From positions 204,098 to 268,097 of the forward strand of contig JAZIGM010000005.1 in the NCBI GenBank assembly GCA_036679085.1: a stretch of DNA of 64,000 bases. The letters are read 5' to 3'. A program made the position numbers and the translations under genes. The notes below the pieces were generated by a model that did not search any database, had not been told where the DNA came from, and worked only from the letters and a program-made list of their open reading frames with translations. Below, piece by piece: positions 45,462 to 54,640 of the stretch (positions are counted from its first letter, which is position 1; each line of letters begins with the position of its first letter). The DNA is from Chloroflexota bacterium. GTDB lineage: Bacteria; Chloroflexota; Anaerolineae; Aggregatilineales; UBA3940.

Positions 45462-46289
45462 ATGAGGGCGGACTTTCGGGGCCGGCTGCTGGCCTACTTT
45501 GAGGAGGCGGCGGAGAGCTATGCGGCATACATCGAGCCGGCCTTCTTCCCGCTCGTCGAGAGTTTCGTCGACGCCGCCGGGCTCCGTCCGGGCGACGCCG
45601 TGCTCGACCTCGGCACAGGCACAGGGCTGGCAGCCCGCATCGCTGCCCCACGCTGCCGCTTCGTCGCCGCAATGGACTTCTCCCACCGCATGGCGGTGAT
45701 TGCCGCCGGGCGCAGCGCGCCGCACGTCTTTCAGGGCGACATGCACTGTCTGCCCCTCCGCTCCGCCGCCTTTGATGTCGTGCTCGCGGTGCTCGCCTTC
45801 AACAGCACCGACCCCGCGCGGAGTATGCCGGAGGCTTACCGCGCCCTGCGCCCCGGCGGGCGGCTCGCCATGCAGGAGTGGGGCACGAGCGACGAGTTAA
45901 GCGTGCTGCTGGACGATACGCTCGCCGAGTACGCGGTGGAAGACCCAGGCCCGGACCTCGCCGCGCGGCGCGAGGCCCGCTTCGCCTACCACCCCTGGGA
46001 CGAATTTGAGACGTCAACGGACATCGCCGACGAACTGGAAGCCGCGGGGTTCGAGCATGTCGAGATCGACGTGGTGACGCCTGAGGTCGTGTTCGAGGAG
46101 GCAGCGGACTTTATCCGCTACAAGCTGGCATGGCCCTTCCGCCGCGCGGAGGTCGAGGCGATGCCCGCCGAGGTCCGCGCGCTGTGCCTCAGCGACCTCG
46201 ACGAGAACCTCTCCGCCCTGGCGCTGCCGTCCGGCAAGCTGGTCTGGCAGCCGAACCTCGTGCGCGTGTTTGCGCAGAAGCCCCGCTAA
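45462..46289 (+). CDS. Class I SAM-dependent methyltransferase
   Basis: VLDLGTGTGL motif I; LRPGGRLAMQEW. Confidence 0.8.
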   Translation: MRADFRGRLLAYFEEAAESYAAYIEPAFFPLVESFVDAAGLRPGDAVLDLGTGTGLAARIAAPRCRFVAAMDFSHRMAVIAAGRSAPHVFQGDMHCLPLRSAAFDVVLAVLAFNSTDPARSMPEAYRALRPGGRLAMQEWGTSDELSVLLDDTLAEYAVEDPGPDLAARREARFAYHPWDEFETSTDIADELEAAGFEHVEIDVVTPEVVFEEAADFIRYKLAWPFRRAEVEAMPAEVRALCLSDLDENLSALALPSGKLVWQPNLVRVFAQKPR

Positions 46290-46317
46290 AAAACGATCCT
46301 ATCCCTGCAGCCGCCCA

Positions 46318-47307
46318 TCAGCTTGCTGAGTGCAAATTTGCCAGCTCAACGCTTGCCACCGCAGCCTCTCGCCGCAGGTTCTCAATCTCGGCGAGCGGTG
46401 CGCCCGCATCGCCCCGTCGGCGGTGTGCGTGCTTTTTGTAGGCCAGCTTGGTCAGCGTGTGGTGATATCGCCCGACCCACCGGTAGCCGCTCAGGCCGTG
46501 CGTGAACAGCGCGTCCATGCGCACGAAGAACCGGCGCAGCGGTGACGCCACCACTGCGTACTGGTCCGCGTTGAGCGTGCGCAGCGCAACCTCCTCCCGC
46601 AGCTCGTCGATGATCCAGCGGCGCTCACGGCGGATAGCGGCGACCATCACCACGAACACCAGCAGGATGCCCATCCAGTCTGCGCCGATGGCCAGGCAGA
46701 TAAGCCCCGGCACATCGCCGGTGAGCACGAGCGCGGTGTTGTGTACAGCATGCACCAGGATTGCAAACACCAGCCCGGTCAGCGGCGCAGCCCATCGCAC
46801 CAACCGGCTCGTCGAATGCCGCCCCACCCCGAAGCCGATCCCGGTGAGGCTGGTGTACAGCGCGTGGTTCAGGCCGAACAGCACCGCGCGGCTGAACACG
46901 ATGGAGCCATCCGAGTCGAGGAAGTAGAGGATGTTCTCGATCGCGGCGAAGCCGAAACCGACGAGGCTCCCGTAGATCACCCCGTCAAACACGCCGTCGA
47001 ACTCGTGCCGCCAGATCAGCATGATCATGAGCAGCGCCGCGCCCTTGAAGATCTCCTCCGTGACCGGCGCAACCGCCACCGCGATGACAGCATCGGCCAG
47101 CGCGCCGGTTGCGTCCAGCATCAGGAACGGCACACCGATGATCACCTGCGTGATCAGCGACATCAGCGCCGCCGGGATGAACCCCCACAGGAAGGTTGCC
47201 GCCACCAGCCCGAGCGGTTCCTTCTCGTAGCGGTCCATCCAGTACAGAAAGACCGGGTAAATCAGCATCGGCACGATGCCAGCGATCACAGCAGCGGTGA
47301 AGCTCAT
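46318..47307 (-). CDS. PrsW-family intramembrane metalloprotease
   Basis: Multi-TM protein with the EEIFKG (ExxxK) and HAVHN motifs typical of PrsW. Confidence 0.85.
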   Translation of the reverse strand: MSFTAAVIAGIVPMLIYPVFLYWMDRYEKEPLGLVAATFLWGFIPAALMSLITQVIIGVPFLMLDATGALADAVIAVAVAPVTEEIFKGAALLMIMLIWRHEFDGVFDGVIYGSLVGFGFAAIENILYFLDSDGSIVFSRAVLFGLNHALYTSLTGIGFGVGRHSTSRLVRWAAPLTGLVFAILVHAVHNTALVLTGDVPGLICLAIGADWMGILLVFVVMVAAIRRERRWIIDELREEVALRTLNADQYAVVASPLRRFFVRMDALFTHGLSGYRWVGRYHHTLTKLAYKKHAHRRRGDAGAPLAEIENLRREAAVASVELANLHSAS

Positions 47308-47329
47308 CCGCCCAAATCCTCCAGAGCGA

Positions 47330-48025
47330 TTAACCAGCCGAGGGCTTCAATGACGGGAAGAATCGTTTGGCCCACTTCGCATACGTTGACCCGAAATGCA
47401 CGACAAAGCTGCTCAACCGCTCCTCGCGGCTTGCCACCGCCAGCGCCTGCCGGAAGCTTTCCGGGGTGTGCTCGAACGGCGGCACAACCATGACTGCGCG
47501 CCCGTACTCACGCGGAATGTGCGCGTCGCTGCCCGCCGTCATCAGCACACCGCGCTCCTGCGCGAACGCCAGCGCACGATCGTTGTCCTCCATGTGGATG
47601 CAGCGCGCGTTGAACACCTCGATCGCATCGACCTTGTCCACAATATTGAGCAGGTCATCAGCCTGCCATGCACCGCTGCGGTAGCGGTCGAACGGGTGCG
47701 ATACGCCGATCATCGCGCCCTGGTCGCGCAGCCGCGCGATGGCCTCGCCGGGCGACAGGCCCGGTGGCACGCTCTCGCGGACGAACCACGCCAGCAGTTC
47801 GCCGGCGGTCGTCATGACCTCCTCGCCGGGGATGATCAGGTCGGGGAACATCTCCGCCGCCCGCAGCGCGCCTTCCGCCGTGTTGTGGTCGGTGAGAATG
47901 ATGCGGTCGAGCCCGGCGCGGCGAGCGATGCGCGGCAGGTCTTCTAGCTTGATCAGCGAGTCCTTCGAGTAGATTGAGTGGCAGTGAAGCTCGACACGCC
48001 ACTGCCCGCGGGGGGTAGACGTCAT
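47330..48025 (-). CDS. PHP-domain phosphoesterase
   Basis: ORF trimmed to MTSTPRGQWRVELHCHSIYSKDS. A GSDAH motif is present. ATGA overlap with the upstream gene's stop at 48022-48025. Confidence 0.82.
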   Translation of the reverse strand: MTSTPRGQWRVELHCHSIYSKDSLIKLEDLPRIARRAGLDRIILTDHNTAEGALRAAEMFPDLIIPGEEVMTTAGELLAWFVRESVPPGLSPGEAIARLRDQGAMIGVSHPFDRYRSGAWQADDLLNIVDKVDAIEVFNARCIHMEDNDRALAFAQERGVLMTAGSDAHIPREYGRAVMVVPPFEHTPESFRQALAVASREERLSSFVVHFGSTYAKWAKRFFPSLKPSAG

Positions 48026-49071
48026 GGACGCACTTCTCCTGCACCGGGTGGGTCGGGCAGCGCAGGCTGCCAGGCAGCCGCCTGCCCCGGAAACAGACGA
48101 TGGCGGAAGGCAAAGGCCGTCACCAGGCCGAGCACCACGCCAAACCACAGCGTAAACAGGCGGATAAGCAGCGTCGCCGTCCCGGCGAAGCCTGCATCCT
48201 GCTCACCAAGTACCAGCAGTTGGAGCATCCCGGCGATGGTGAACTCCGCCGCGCCCAGCCCGCCGGGCAGCCCACTGACTGCGCCGACGATGGTCGCCGC
48301 TGCCAGCATGAACATCGCCTGCCACAGCAGCAACCACGACGGCTCCAGCCCCAGCCCCTGCAGGATGAGGAAGAAGCCCAGGCACTCACCGGCCCAGCTT
48401 ACCACGCCCAGCCCTACTGCAAACATCAGCGGGCCGGGCCGGAACAGCTCATAGCTGCTCTCGTAAAGTTCCGCGAGCGGCTTGCTCACGCGGCTGACGA
48501 GCGGCCAGTTCTCGATCTGGCGCAGAATCCACCGGAAGAGCGGGCGGATCTGCAGCACGGTGATGCCGCCAAGCAGGAGCACAAGCACTGCGATATACGC
48601 CGGGACGTACTGAGCGAGAACCTCGTTGTGCTGCGCGGACTGCATGAGCATCCCGCCGAAGCCGATTGCGCCGAGCACAAGCATCGCAAGCCCGTCAGTG
48701 ACACGCTCCGCGACGACAATCGGCGCGCTGCGGGCGATGGGTGTGCCTGTCATGCCGCGTAGCACCGCCGCTTTCAGCACTTCCGCCACCTTGCCCGGCG
48801 AGAGCGCCAGCACAAACCCCGACACCCACAGCGCCGCACTGTCGGTGCGGGAAATGTTCTCCACGCCGATGATGTGCAGATATGTGTGCCACTTCACCCA
48901 GCGCAGTACATAGTTGAACAGGGTGAGCATCAGCACAGGCAGAATCAGCACCACCGGGAAGGCCCGGAGGTGCGCGCCTGCATCTCGCACGTCGGTGTAG
49001 AGCAGCAGCCCGACCAGCACAGCCAGCCCGAACAGGCCGCCAAGAATCAGCTTGTTGCGGTACTCTCTCAT
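48022..49071 (-). CDS. Flippase-like / lysylphosphatidylglycerol-synthase TM-region family (UPF0104) membrane protein
   Basis: ORF trimmed to MREYRNK (AGGAGG RBS). About 8 TM helices and a composition typical of UPF0104. Confidence 0.7.
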   Translation of the reverse strand: MREYRNKLILGGLFGLAVLVGLLLYTDVRDAGAHLRAFPVVLILPVLMLTLFNYVLRWVKWHTYLHIIGVENISRTDSAALWVSGFVLALSPGKVAEVLKAAVLRGMTGTPIARSAPIVVAERVTDGLAMLVLGAIGFGGMLMQSAQHNEVLAQYVPAYIAVLVLLLGGITVLQIRPLFRWILRQIENWPLVSRVSKPLAELYESSYELFRPGPLMFAVGLGVVSWAGECLGFFLILQGLGLEPSWLLLWQAMFMLAAATIVGAVSGLPGGLGAAEFTIAGMLQLLVLGEQDAGFAGTATLLIRLFTLWFGVVLGLVTAFAFRHRLFPGQAAAWQPALPDPPGAGEVRP

Positions 49072-49099
49072 GAAACCTCCTGCCGCGTTGCGCCCCGCC

Positions 49100-49108
49100 A
49101 TTGTAGCA
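49100..49108 (-). promoter_or_regulatory. Candidate extended -10 promoter (TGcTACAAT) for the flippase-like/PHP/PrsW operon
   Basis: Read on the minus strand, about 25 nt upstream of the ATG. Confidence 0.4.
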
Positions 49109-49235
49109 GAATTACCCATACTCGCACATCCAACAGCATGTTACAGTGCTGTTATACCGGGTCACCGATTGTTCGTAGGACACGCTTCCCGTGCGGCGCC
49201 GGGATACACCGCGCCCGGCCCCGGCAGGAAAACTT

Positions 49236-50966
49236 ATGTCGAGATACGCTACCGCAACACAATACCCGCACCGGGCACGCCCCACCGGAGTGCCTGGGCG
49301 CCTGCCGACATACCGCCGGCTGCTCGTCGCCCTGCTGGGCGGGCAACTTCTTGTCGGCGTGCTGTTCGGCGTGCTGACGCTGGCCCTCTACCGGGGAAGC
49401 GGCGTGTCCAGCCTCGACGATGCCGTGCCGGTGCGCGTGTTACTACCCATTCACATCGCGACCGCCGTCGTGCTGATCGTCGTGACCGCGGGCATCGCCA
49501 TCGCCACCCTGCACGTGCTCACGCGGCGCCTCCGCGCGCTGATCCTGCTGGTCGGGGAGCAGATGCGCGCGAGCGGCCTGCCCGCCCTGCCCCGCGCGGG
49601 GCAGCAGGACGTGTTCGACAGCCTCACCGCCCAGCTTCAGCGTCTGTTCGACGCCTACCGCGCCAACGTCGACGCACTCAGCCGCCGTGCGGACACGCTC
49701 GCCACGCTGAACACCATCGCGCAGACCGCAAACAGCACGTTCGACCTGCAGCAGGTGTTCGACACGTCGCTGCGCGAAGTGCTGGAGAACATCGGCTGGG
49801 ACATGGGCGGCATCTACCTGTGGGATGAGCGGCGCAGCACGCTCGACCTCGTCAGCCTGCACGGTATGTCCGAATCTATCGTCCGGCGAAGGCTATCGTA
49901 CCCGCTCGGCGAAGGCACAGTCGGAGCGGCAGCCGTCCGGCGAGAGATGGTTCAGGCGAGCGGCGACGACCCGGCGTGCGAGGTTGCGCTGCCGCTTGTG
50001 ACCGTGCCCGGCACGCTGCTCGGCGTGCTGTGCCTGGCCAGCCGCCGCCCGGCGACGCTCGACGACCACGACCTGAACCTGCTTGCCACCGTCGCCGAGC
50101 AAATCGCACTTGCGGTCGACAAGTCGCGGCTGTATCTGGCTGTCAGCGCGCACGCAGGCGATCTGGAGCGGCAGGTTGCCGAGCGCACGGCAGAGCTTGC
50201 AACCGCCATTGAAGACCTGTCCATCGCGCTGGAGCGGGCGAAAGAGGCCGACAAGCTCAAGTCGATGCTGCTCTCGACCGTTTCCCACGAGCTACGCACG
50301 CCGCTCGCGACCATCAAGGGCAACACGTCGCTCCTGCTGGAGCATCACGCGCGCATCACGCCCGACCTGCTCGTTGAGCACCTGCACGACATCGAGGAGG
50401 AGACGGACAAGCTCACCGACCTGATCAGCAACCTGCTGGAGATGTCGCGCATCGAGGCGGGGATGCTGCATGTGCAGCGAGAGTCGATCTGCCTGCAGGA
50501 TGTGCTGGAGAGCGCAGTTGCCGCCGCACGTGTGCGCCGCCCCGGCCACCCGATCCATCTTGTGGTGCCGCCGCACCTACCCAACGTACTGGGCGACCCG
50601 CGCCGCATCGAGCAGATCGTTGCCAACCTGCTCGACAACGCGGCCAAGTACTCGCCACCTGGCTCGCTCATCGAGGTGACTGCCGCACTCCGCACGGACA
50701 GCATCGCCGTCTCGGTGAAAGATCACGGGCAGGGAATCGCGCCGGAGCAGCTTGAGCACGTTTTCGATCGCTTCTATCAGGTCGAGTCCGGCTCGCCCGG
50801 CGGACGCCGGGGCATCGGGCTGGGCCTTGCCATCTGCCGCGGCCTCGTCGAAGCCCATGAGGGGGATATCTGGGCTGAGAGCACGCCCGGCGTCGGCTCG
50901 ACCTTCTCGTTCACCCTGCCACTCGCCGGCCAGTATATATCTGTGGAGAGAGATAACCGTGAGTAA
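49236..50966 (+). CDS. Sensor histidine kinase (2 TM, linker, GAF, HisKA, HATPase)
   Basis: ORF trimmed to MSRYATAT. H-box (SHELRTPL), N-box (DNAAKYSPPGS), G-box (GIGLGLAICRGLVEAHEG), with a GAF-like segment before the H-box. Confidence 0.88.
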   Translation: MSRYATATQYPHRARPTGVPGRLPTYRRLLVALLGGQLLVGVLFGVLTLALYRGSGVSSLDDAVPVRVLLPIHIATAVVLIVVTAGIAIATLHVLTRRLRALILLVGEQMRASGLPALPRAGQQDVFDSLTAQLQRLFDAYRANVDALSRRADTLATLNTIAQTANSTFDLQQVFDTSLREVLENIGWDMGGIYLWDERRSTLDLVSLHGMSESIVRRRLSYPLGEGTVGAAAVRREMVQASGDDPACEVALPLVTVPGTLLGVLCLASRRPATLDDHDLNLLATVAEQIALAVDKSRLYLAVSAHAGDLERQVAERTAELATAIEDLSIALERAKEADKLKSMLLSTVSHELRTPLATIKGNTSLLLEHHARITPDLLVEHLHDIEEETDKLTDLISNLLEMSRIEAGMLHVQRESICLQDVLESAVAAARVRRPGHPIHLVVPPHLPNVLGDPRRIEQIVANLLDNAAKYSPPGSLIEVTAALRTDSIAVSVKDHGQGIAPEQLEHVFDRFYQVESGSPGGRRGIGLGLAICRGLVEAHEGDIWAESTPGVGSTFSFTLPLAGQYISVERDNRE

Positions 50967-51651
50967 CGCCTCTGTTCTTGTCGTGGACGACGAACCCAAG
51001 ATCATCCGCTTTATCAAGACCTCGCTGAGCCTGTCCGGTTATGACATTCTGACCGCCAACACCGGCAGGGCGGCGCTGTCTGCCTTCGACATGCAGCGCC
51101 CGGATGTTGTCATCCTCGACCTCGGCCTGCCCGACCTCGACGGGCTGGACGTTCTCAAGACGATCCGCTCGTACTCAACGCGCCCCGTGCTGATCCTGAC
51201 CGCGCGTGACGACGAGCAGGACAAGGTGCGAGGGCTGGAGCTTGGAGCAGACGATTATCTCACCAAGCCGTTCAGCACGTCGGAGCTGCGCGCGCGTATC
51301 GAGGCTGTGCTGCGCCGCGTGCGCTGGTCGCCGCAGCCCAGCGACCTCACTGAGTTCAGCCTTGACTCGCTGCACATTGACTTCCGCCGCCGCCGCGTGA
51401 TGGTCGGCGGGGAAGAAGTGCACCTCACGCCGACAGAGTATCACCTGTTGCGGGTGCTCGTGCAGAACAACGGGCGGGTGCTTTCCCACGCGGAGCTTCT
51501 CGGGCAGGTGTGGGGCGAGCAATACCGGAACGACCTCGCCATTCTGCGGGTCAACATCTCCCGCCTGCGGCAGAAGCTGGAGCCCGACCCGCGAGAGCCG
51601 CGTTTCGTCGTGACCGTGCCCGGCGTCGGCTACACGCTCGCCGGGGAATAA
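50959..51651 (+). CDS. OmpR/KdpE-family response regulator
   Basis: GTG start with a GGAGAG RBS, overlapping the kinase stop by 8 nt. VLVVDDEP...ILDLGLPDLDG...TKPF, plus a winged helix (RLRQKLE...VTVPGVGYTL). Confidence 0.9.
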   Translation: MSNASVLVVDDEPKIIRFIKTSLSLSGYDILTANTGRAALSAFDMQRPDVVILDLGLPDLDGLDVLKTIRSYSTRPVLILTARDDEQDKVRGLELGADDYLTKPFSTSELRARIEAVLRRVRWSPQPSDLTEFSLDSLHIDFRRRRVMVGGEEVHLTPTEYHLLRVLVQNNGRVLSHAELLGQVWGEQYRNDLAILRVNISRLRQKLEPDPREPRFVVTVPGVGYTLAGE

Positions 51652-51682
51652 AAAAGAACAGGCCGGTCGAGTGACCGGCCTG
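51650..51682 (-). terminator. Terminator hairpin (10 bp stem) between convergent genes; T-tract only on the minus side
   Basis: caggccggtc, gagt, gaccggcctg. The minus strand continues TTCTTTTTT. Confidence 0.7.
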
Positions 51683-51704
51683 CAGCTATCGCGGGGAGAG
51701 TTGA

Positions 51705-52949
51705 TCAGGCGGAGTGGCTGCGCCGCCGGAGCAGAAGCGCCGCGCCCGCGGCCAGCATGGCGAGCGTCGCCGTACCGGCAACAGCGGCGGCAACAACGGT
51801 TTCCGGGCGCATCCCCGGAATGACGACCTCACCATCACCGTAGGTCTTGAACTTCTGCCCCCACTTCGTCTGGAGCGCCTTCTCGACACGCGGACGCCCC
51901 ACGAACGGGTACCAGTAGACGTTGTGATACAGGTGCGAGGCGAGATAGCTCCACGGCACGATGGGCGAGCGCAGCAGCACGTTCTCGAACGGCTTGAGCG
52001 GGCCGTGATAGATCAGCTTCTGCCCCCGGCTCGCGAAGGTATCCTCCTGCACGAAGTTCCAGGCTGGCTCCTGGTTGATGTCATAGCCGACAATCTCGAT
52101 CTCGTTCGGGTCGCCCACGCCAAGCCCGCGCTCGTGTGCCAGCCGGATGAACGGGATCGACATCGGATCGAAGCCCTGTAGCTTGGCGGAGATCGCATCA
52201 ATGGCGACCTGGTCCGCCGAGGCCAGGATAATGTCCTTCTCATGCACGCGCATGGCGCGCGGCCCGGGGCCATCACCCGCGAACGTGCCGTCCATAATCG
52301 CAAAGATGCCGCTGTGAATGTCCTGCTGGATCATCAGCAGGTCGACGAGCGTCTCATGGATGACGCTGTGCGTCCAGTGGCGGCGGCGATGCAGCAGCCC
52401 ACCGAAGGCGTTCTTCATCGCGCCGGTGATCGTCGTGAACACATGCGTCTTGACGGTCGGCAGGTGGATGATGTTCGCATCGTAAAAGACCTTCGGGATG
52501 CGAATACCTTCGGGGTACACCTTGTCCAGCACCAGGAAGGGCTGCTTAGGCTCGTACGTCACCCACTCGATGTCCTCTTCCCAGAGGTAGTAGTTCTCGA
52601 CGCCGTACTTGTCGGTGACATACTTGTGTCGGTTGTTGATCTCGCCCGCGTGTGCGTCAACAACGACGGTGTCGTTGTGCGCCCCCTTGACGCGGTAGCC
52701 CGCTTCCTGAAGCTCCTGAATTGCGGCTTCAAGCTGCCAGGGCGCGGTCGAGCAGGCCGGATACCATGTATCCCACGAAATATTGATCTTGAGCAGCGTC
52801 TCTTTATCTTTGGGCAGCGCGGCCTGATAGTCCGCCATCCGCATCAGACGCCGGTAATCCTCAATTACCGTCTCAGGGCTGGTCTTGAGAACGGCGACGC
52901 GGCCCTTCCCCGGAAAATCAACACTCATAATAACTGCACTCCTCAGCAA
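51705..52949 (-). CDS. DUF362 domain protein with a C-terminal TM anchor
   Basis: ETLLKINISW...STAPWQLEAAIQELQEAGY is DUF362-like. The C-terminus is ETVVAAAVAGTATLAMLAAGAALLLRRR. An alternative start lies at 52928. Confidence 0.7.
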   Translation of the reverse strand: MLRSAVIMSVDFPGKGRVAVLKTSPETVIEDYRRLMRMADYQAALPKDKETLLKINISWDTWYPACSTAPWQLEAAIQELQEAGYRVKGAHNDTVVVDAHAGEINNRHKYVTDKYGVENYYLWEEDIEWVTYEPKQPFLVLDKVYPEGIRIPKVFYDANIIHLPTVKTHVFTTITGAMKNAFGGLLHRRRHWTHSVIHETLVDLLMIQQDIHSGIFAIMDGTFAGDGPGPRAMRVHEKDIILASADQVAIDAISAKLQGFDPMSIPFIRLAHERGLGVGDPNEIEIVGYDINQEPAWNFVQEDTFASRGQKLIYHGPLKPFENVLLRSPIVPWSYLASHLYHNVYWYPFVGRPRVEKALQTKWGQKFKTYGDGEVVIPGMRPETVVAAAVAGTATLAMLAAGAALLLRRRSHSA

Positions 52950-53042
52950 AGAATATCCCGGCCAAGCTGACCGGGTCTGCTATCAAGCCAAAGTATAACC
53001 CACAGTCAGAGCCAATGCACAGGGTGGCCCACCGAGCCTCTC

Positions 53043-53627
53043 TCAAGAGCGCCCCAGGAAGCGAAAGCCAAACCCCTTCATTTTGCGCTGCGGCTCGCTC
53101 GGCGCTTCGGGCGCCTTGCCCGGTGCGTCGTCGATGCGCAGGATCATCCGCAACCCGCCCAGTTCGATCACGTCACCGTCCGTCAGCGGGAAGCCCTGCC
53201 CCGGCGTCAGGCGCTGCCCGTTGACCCAGGTGCCGTTCGTACTGTGCTGGTCGATGATGCTCAGCGCATCTTCGGTGGGCCGCAGGAGCGCGTGCCGCCG
53301 CGACACACCACAGCGCATCGCGCCGTACGGCCCGTAGTCGAGGTCCGGGCGGAAGGCACTCATCGGGTCGGCCCGGCCCAGCACCGTGACCCGCCACACA
53401 TCGAGCGTGATGACCCCCTGACTCGGTGAGGTTACGTAAAACGTGACCTTCCACGCCGGACGCATCCGCCCCCCACCCGTTACAGGGGCAGGCGGCCCTC
53501 CTGCAAACGGGTCTGGCGCCACCGGGATGCTATCAGGAGCATCTTCCAGCGTTCGTGGATTGAGCGGTTTGGTGACCACAGGTGAACCTCTAAGAGTTAG
53601 TGCTGCGCTTATGCGCTGTCTCGGCAT
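53043..53627 (-). CDS. FHA domain protein
   Basis: VTVLGR...GVSRRHALL...IIDQHSTNGTWVNGQRL...GDVIELG. The start is uncertain: no SD precedes 53627, and an internal ATG (MRPAWKV) follows a G-rich stretch. Confidence 0.8.
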   Translation of the reverse strand: MPRQRISAALTLRGSPVVTKPLNPRTLEDAPDSIPVAPDPFAGGPPAPVTGGGRMRPAWKVTFYVTSPSQGVITLDVWRVTVLGRADPMSAFRPDLDYGPYGAMRCGVSRRHALLRPTEDALSIIDQHSTNGTWVNGQRLTPGQGFPLTDGDVIELGGLRMILRIDDAPGKAPEAPSEPQRKMKGFGFRFLGRS

Positions 53628-53648
53628 TGCGGGTGATGAATCTCACAT

Positions 53649-53677
53649 TTTTTACACCCGTATCTAACCGTTTGCAA
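53649..53677 (-). promoter_or_regulatory. Candidate promoter for the FHA gene
   Basis: On the minus strand: TTGCAA, 17 nt spacer, TAAAAA. The -35 box lies inside the palindrome. Confidence 0.35.
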
Positions 53678-53683
53678 ATGGTT
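53666..53683. promoter_or_regulatory. 18-bp imperfect palindrome AACCGTTTGCAAATGGTT (operator candidate)
   Basis: 8 of 9 positions pair across the dyad. The related half-site AACCGTT recurs on the minus strand at 53840-53846, in the leader of the HTH gene. Confidence 0.45.
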
Positions 53684-53783
53684 CAACCTGCTCAAGTCTG
53701 ACTGTAGCGCGGCGACGCGACGCCCGTCCAGCTAATGCGTAGAATTCCCCATACGATCCAGCCCTCCGCGCGGCGCAGCGCGG

Positions 53784-53812
53784 TTGACACCTGCCCGCAG
53801 CGCATTTATACT
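53784..53812 (+). promoter_or_regulatory. Promoter of the XRE-HTH/TPR operon
   Basis: TTGACA, 17 nt spacer, TATACT. Confidence 0.6.
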
Positions 53813-53868
53813 GCTCACCAGACGCACTAACTGTTAACCAACGGTTTCCCAGTGAGAGGCGGGATGTC

Positions 53869-54618
53869 ATGGGGCAACGACTAGAGGATATCCGGCGTCT
53901 GCGTGAACGTTTGACGACCGGGACGCTTACGGGCTCAGCCGCCCAGCAGGAGCGTGCTCGGCTGAAAAATCGCATCCTCGGCGTGCTGCTGCGCGACGCG
54001 CGTCAGGCGTCTGGCCGCAGTGAGGCGGACGCGGCGGCACTGCTGGGCATCGCCACGGAGGATTACCGCGCATTTGAATCCGGGGCAGCCTCCCCAACGC
54101 TCCCGCAGCTTGAAGTGCTGGCCTACGCCTACAACGTGCCGATGAGCCACTTCTGGGGCAGCCAGACACTCGCTGACAAGCGCCAGGAACACAGCGTCCG
54201 CGAGAAGATACCGGCGATCATCGCGCTGCGCGACCGCATCGTGGGCATACAGATCCGGCAGGCGCGCGAGCGCGAGAACCTCACTGTCGCCCAGATCGCC
54301 GAGGAGACGGGCATCGACGCCCGGCGGCTGCGCGACGCGGAGCGCGGCAGAATAGCGCTCTCGGTGACCGAACTGGAGATTCTCTCCCAGGTGCTGCCCC
54401 TGCGCATCAGCGATATGGTGGACGGGCATGGCCCGGTGGGCAATTGGCTCCAGGCACAGGCCGACTTCGAGCGCTTCGCGGACCTGCCCGCCGATCTGCG
54501 TGCGTTCATACTCAGGCCGATTAACCGCAGCTACCTCGACCTTGCCATCCGCATGAGCGAGATGGACGTCGAGCAGCTGCGCAGTATTGCGGAAAGCATC
54601 CTGGAGATCACCCTTTAG
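53869..54618 (+). CDS. XRE-family transcriptional regulator with two HTH modules
   Basis: There are two Cro/C1-like segments. The first is LRDARQASGRSEADAAALLGIATEDYRAFESG and the second is IRQARERENLTVAQIAEETGIDARRLRDAERG. Confidence 0.8.
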   Translation: MGQRLEDIRRLRERLTTGTLTGSAAQQERARLKNRILGVLLRDARQASGRSEADAAALLGIATEDYRAFESGAASPTLPQLEVLAYAYNVPMSHFWGSQTLADKRQEHSVREKIPAIIALRDRIVGIQIRQARERENLTVAQIAEETGIDARRLRDAERGRIALSVTELEILSQVLPLRISDMVDGHGPVGNWLQAQADFERFADLPADLRAFILRPINRSYLDLAIRMSEMDVEQLRSIAESILEITL

Positions 54619-54640
54619 CCGTTCACCGAGGTATCCAACT

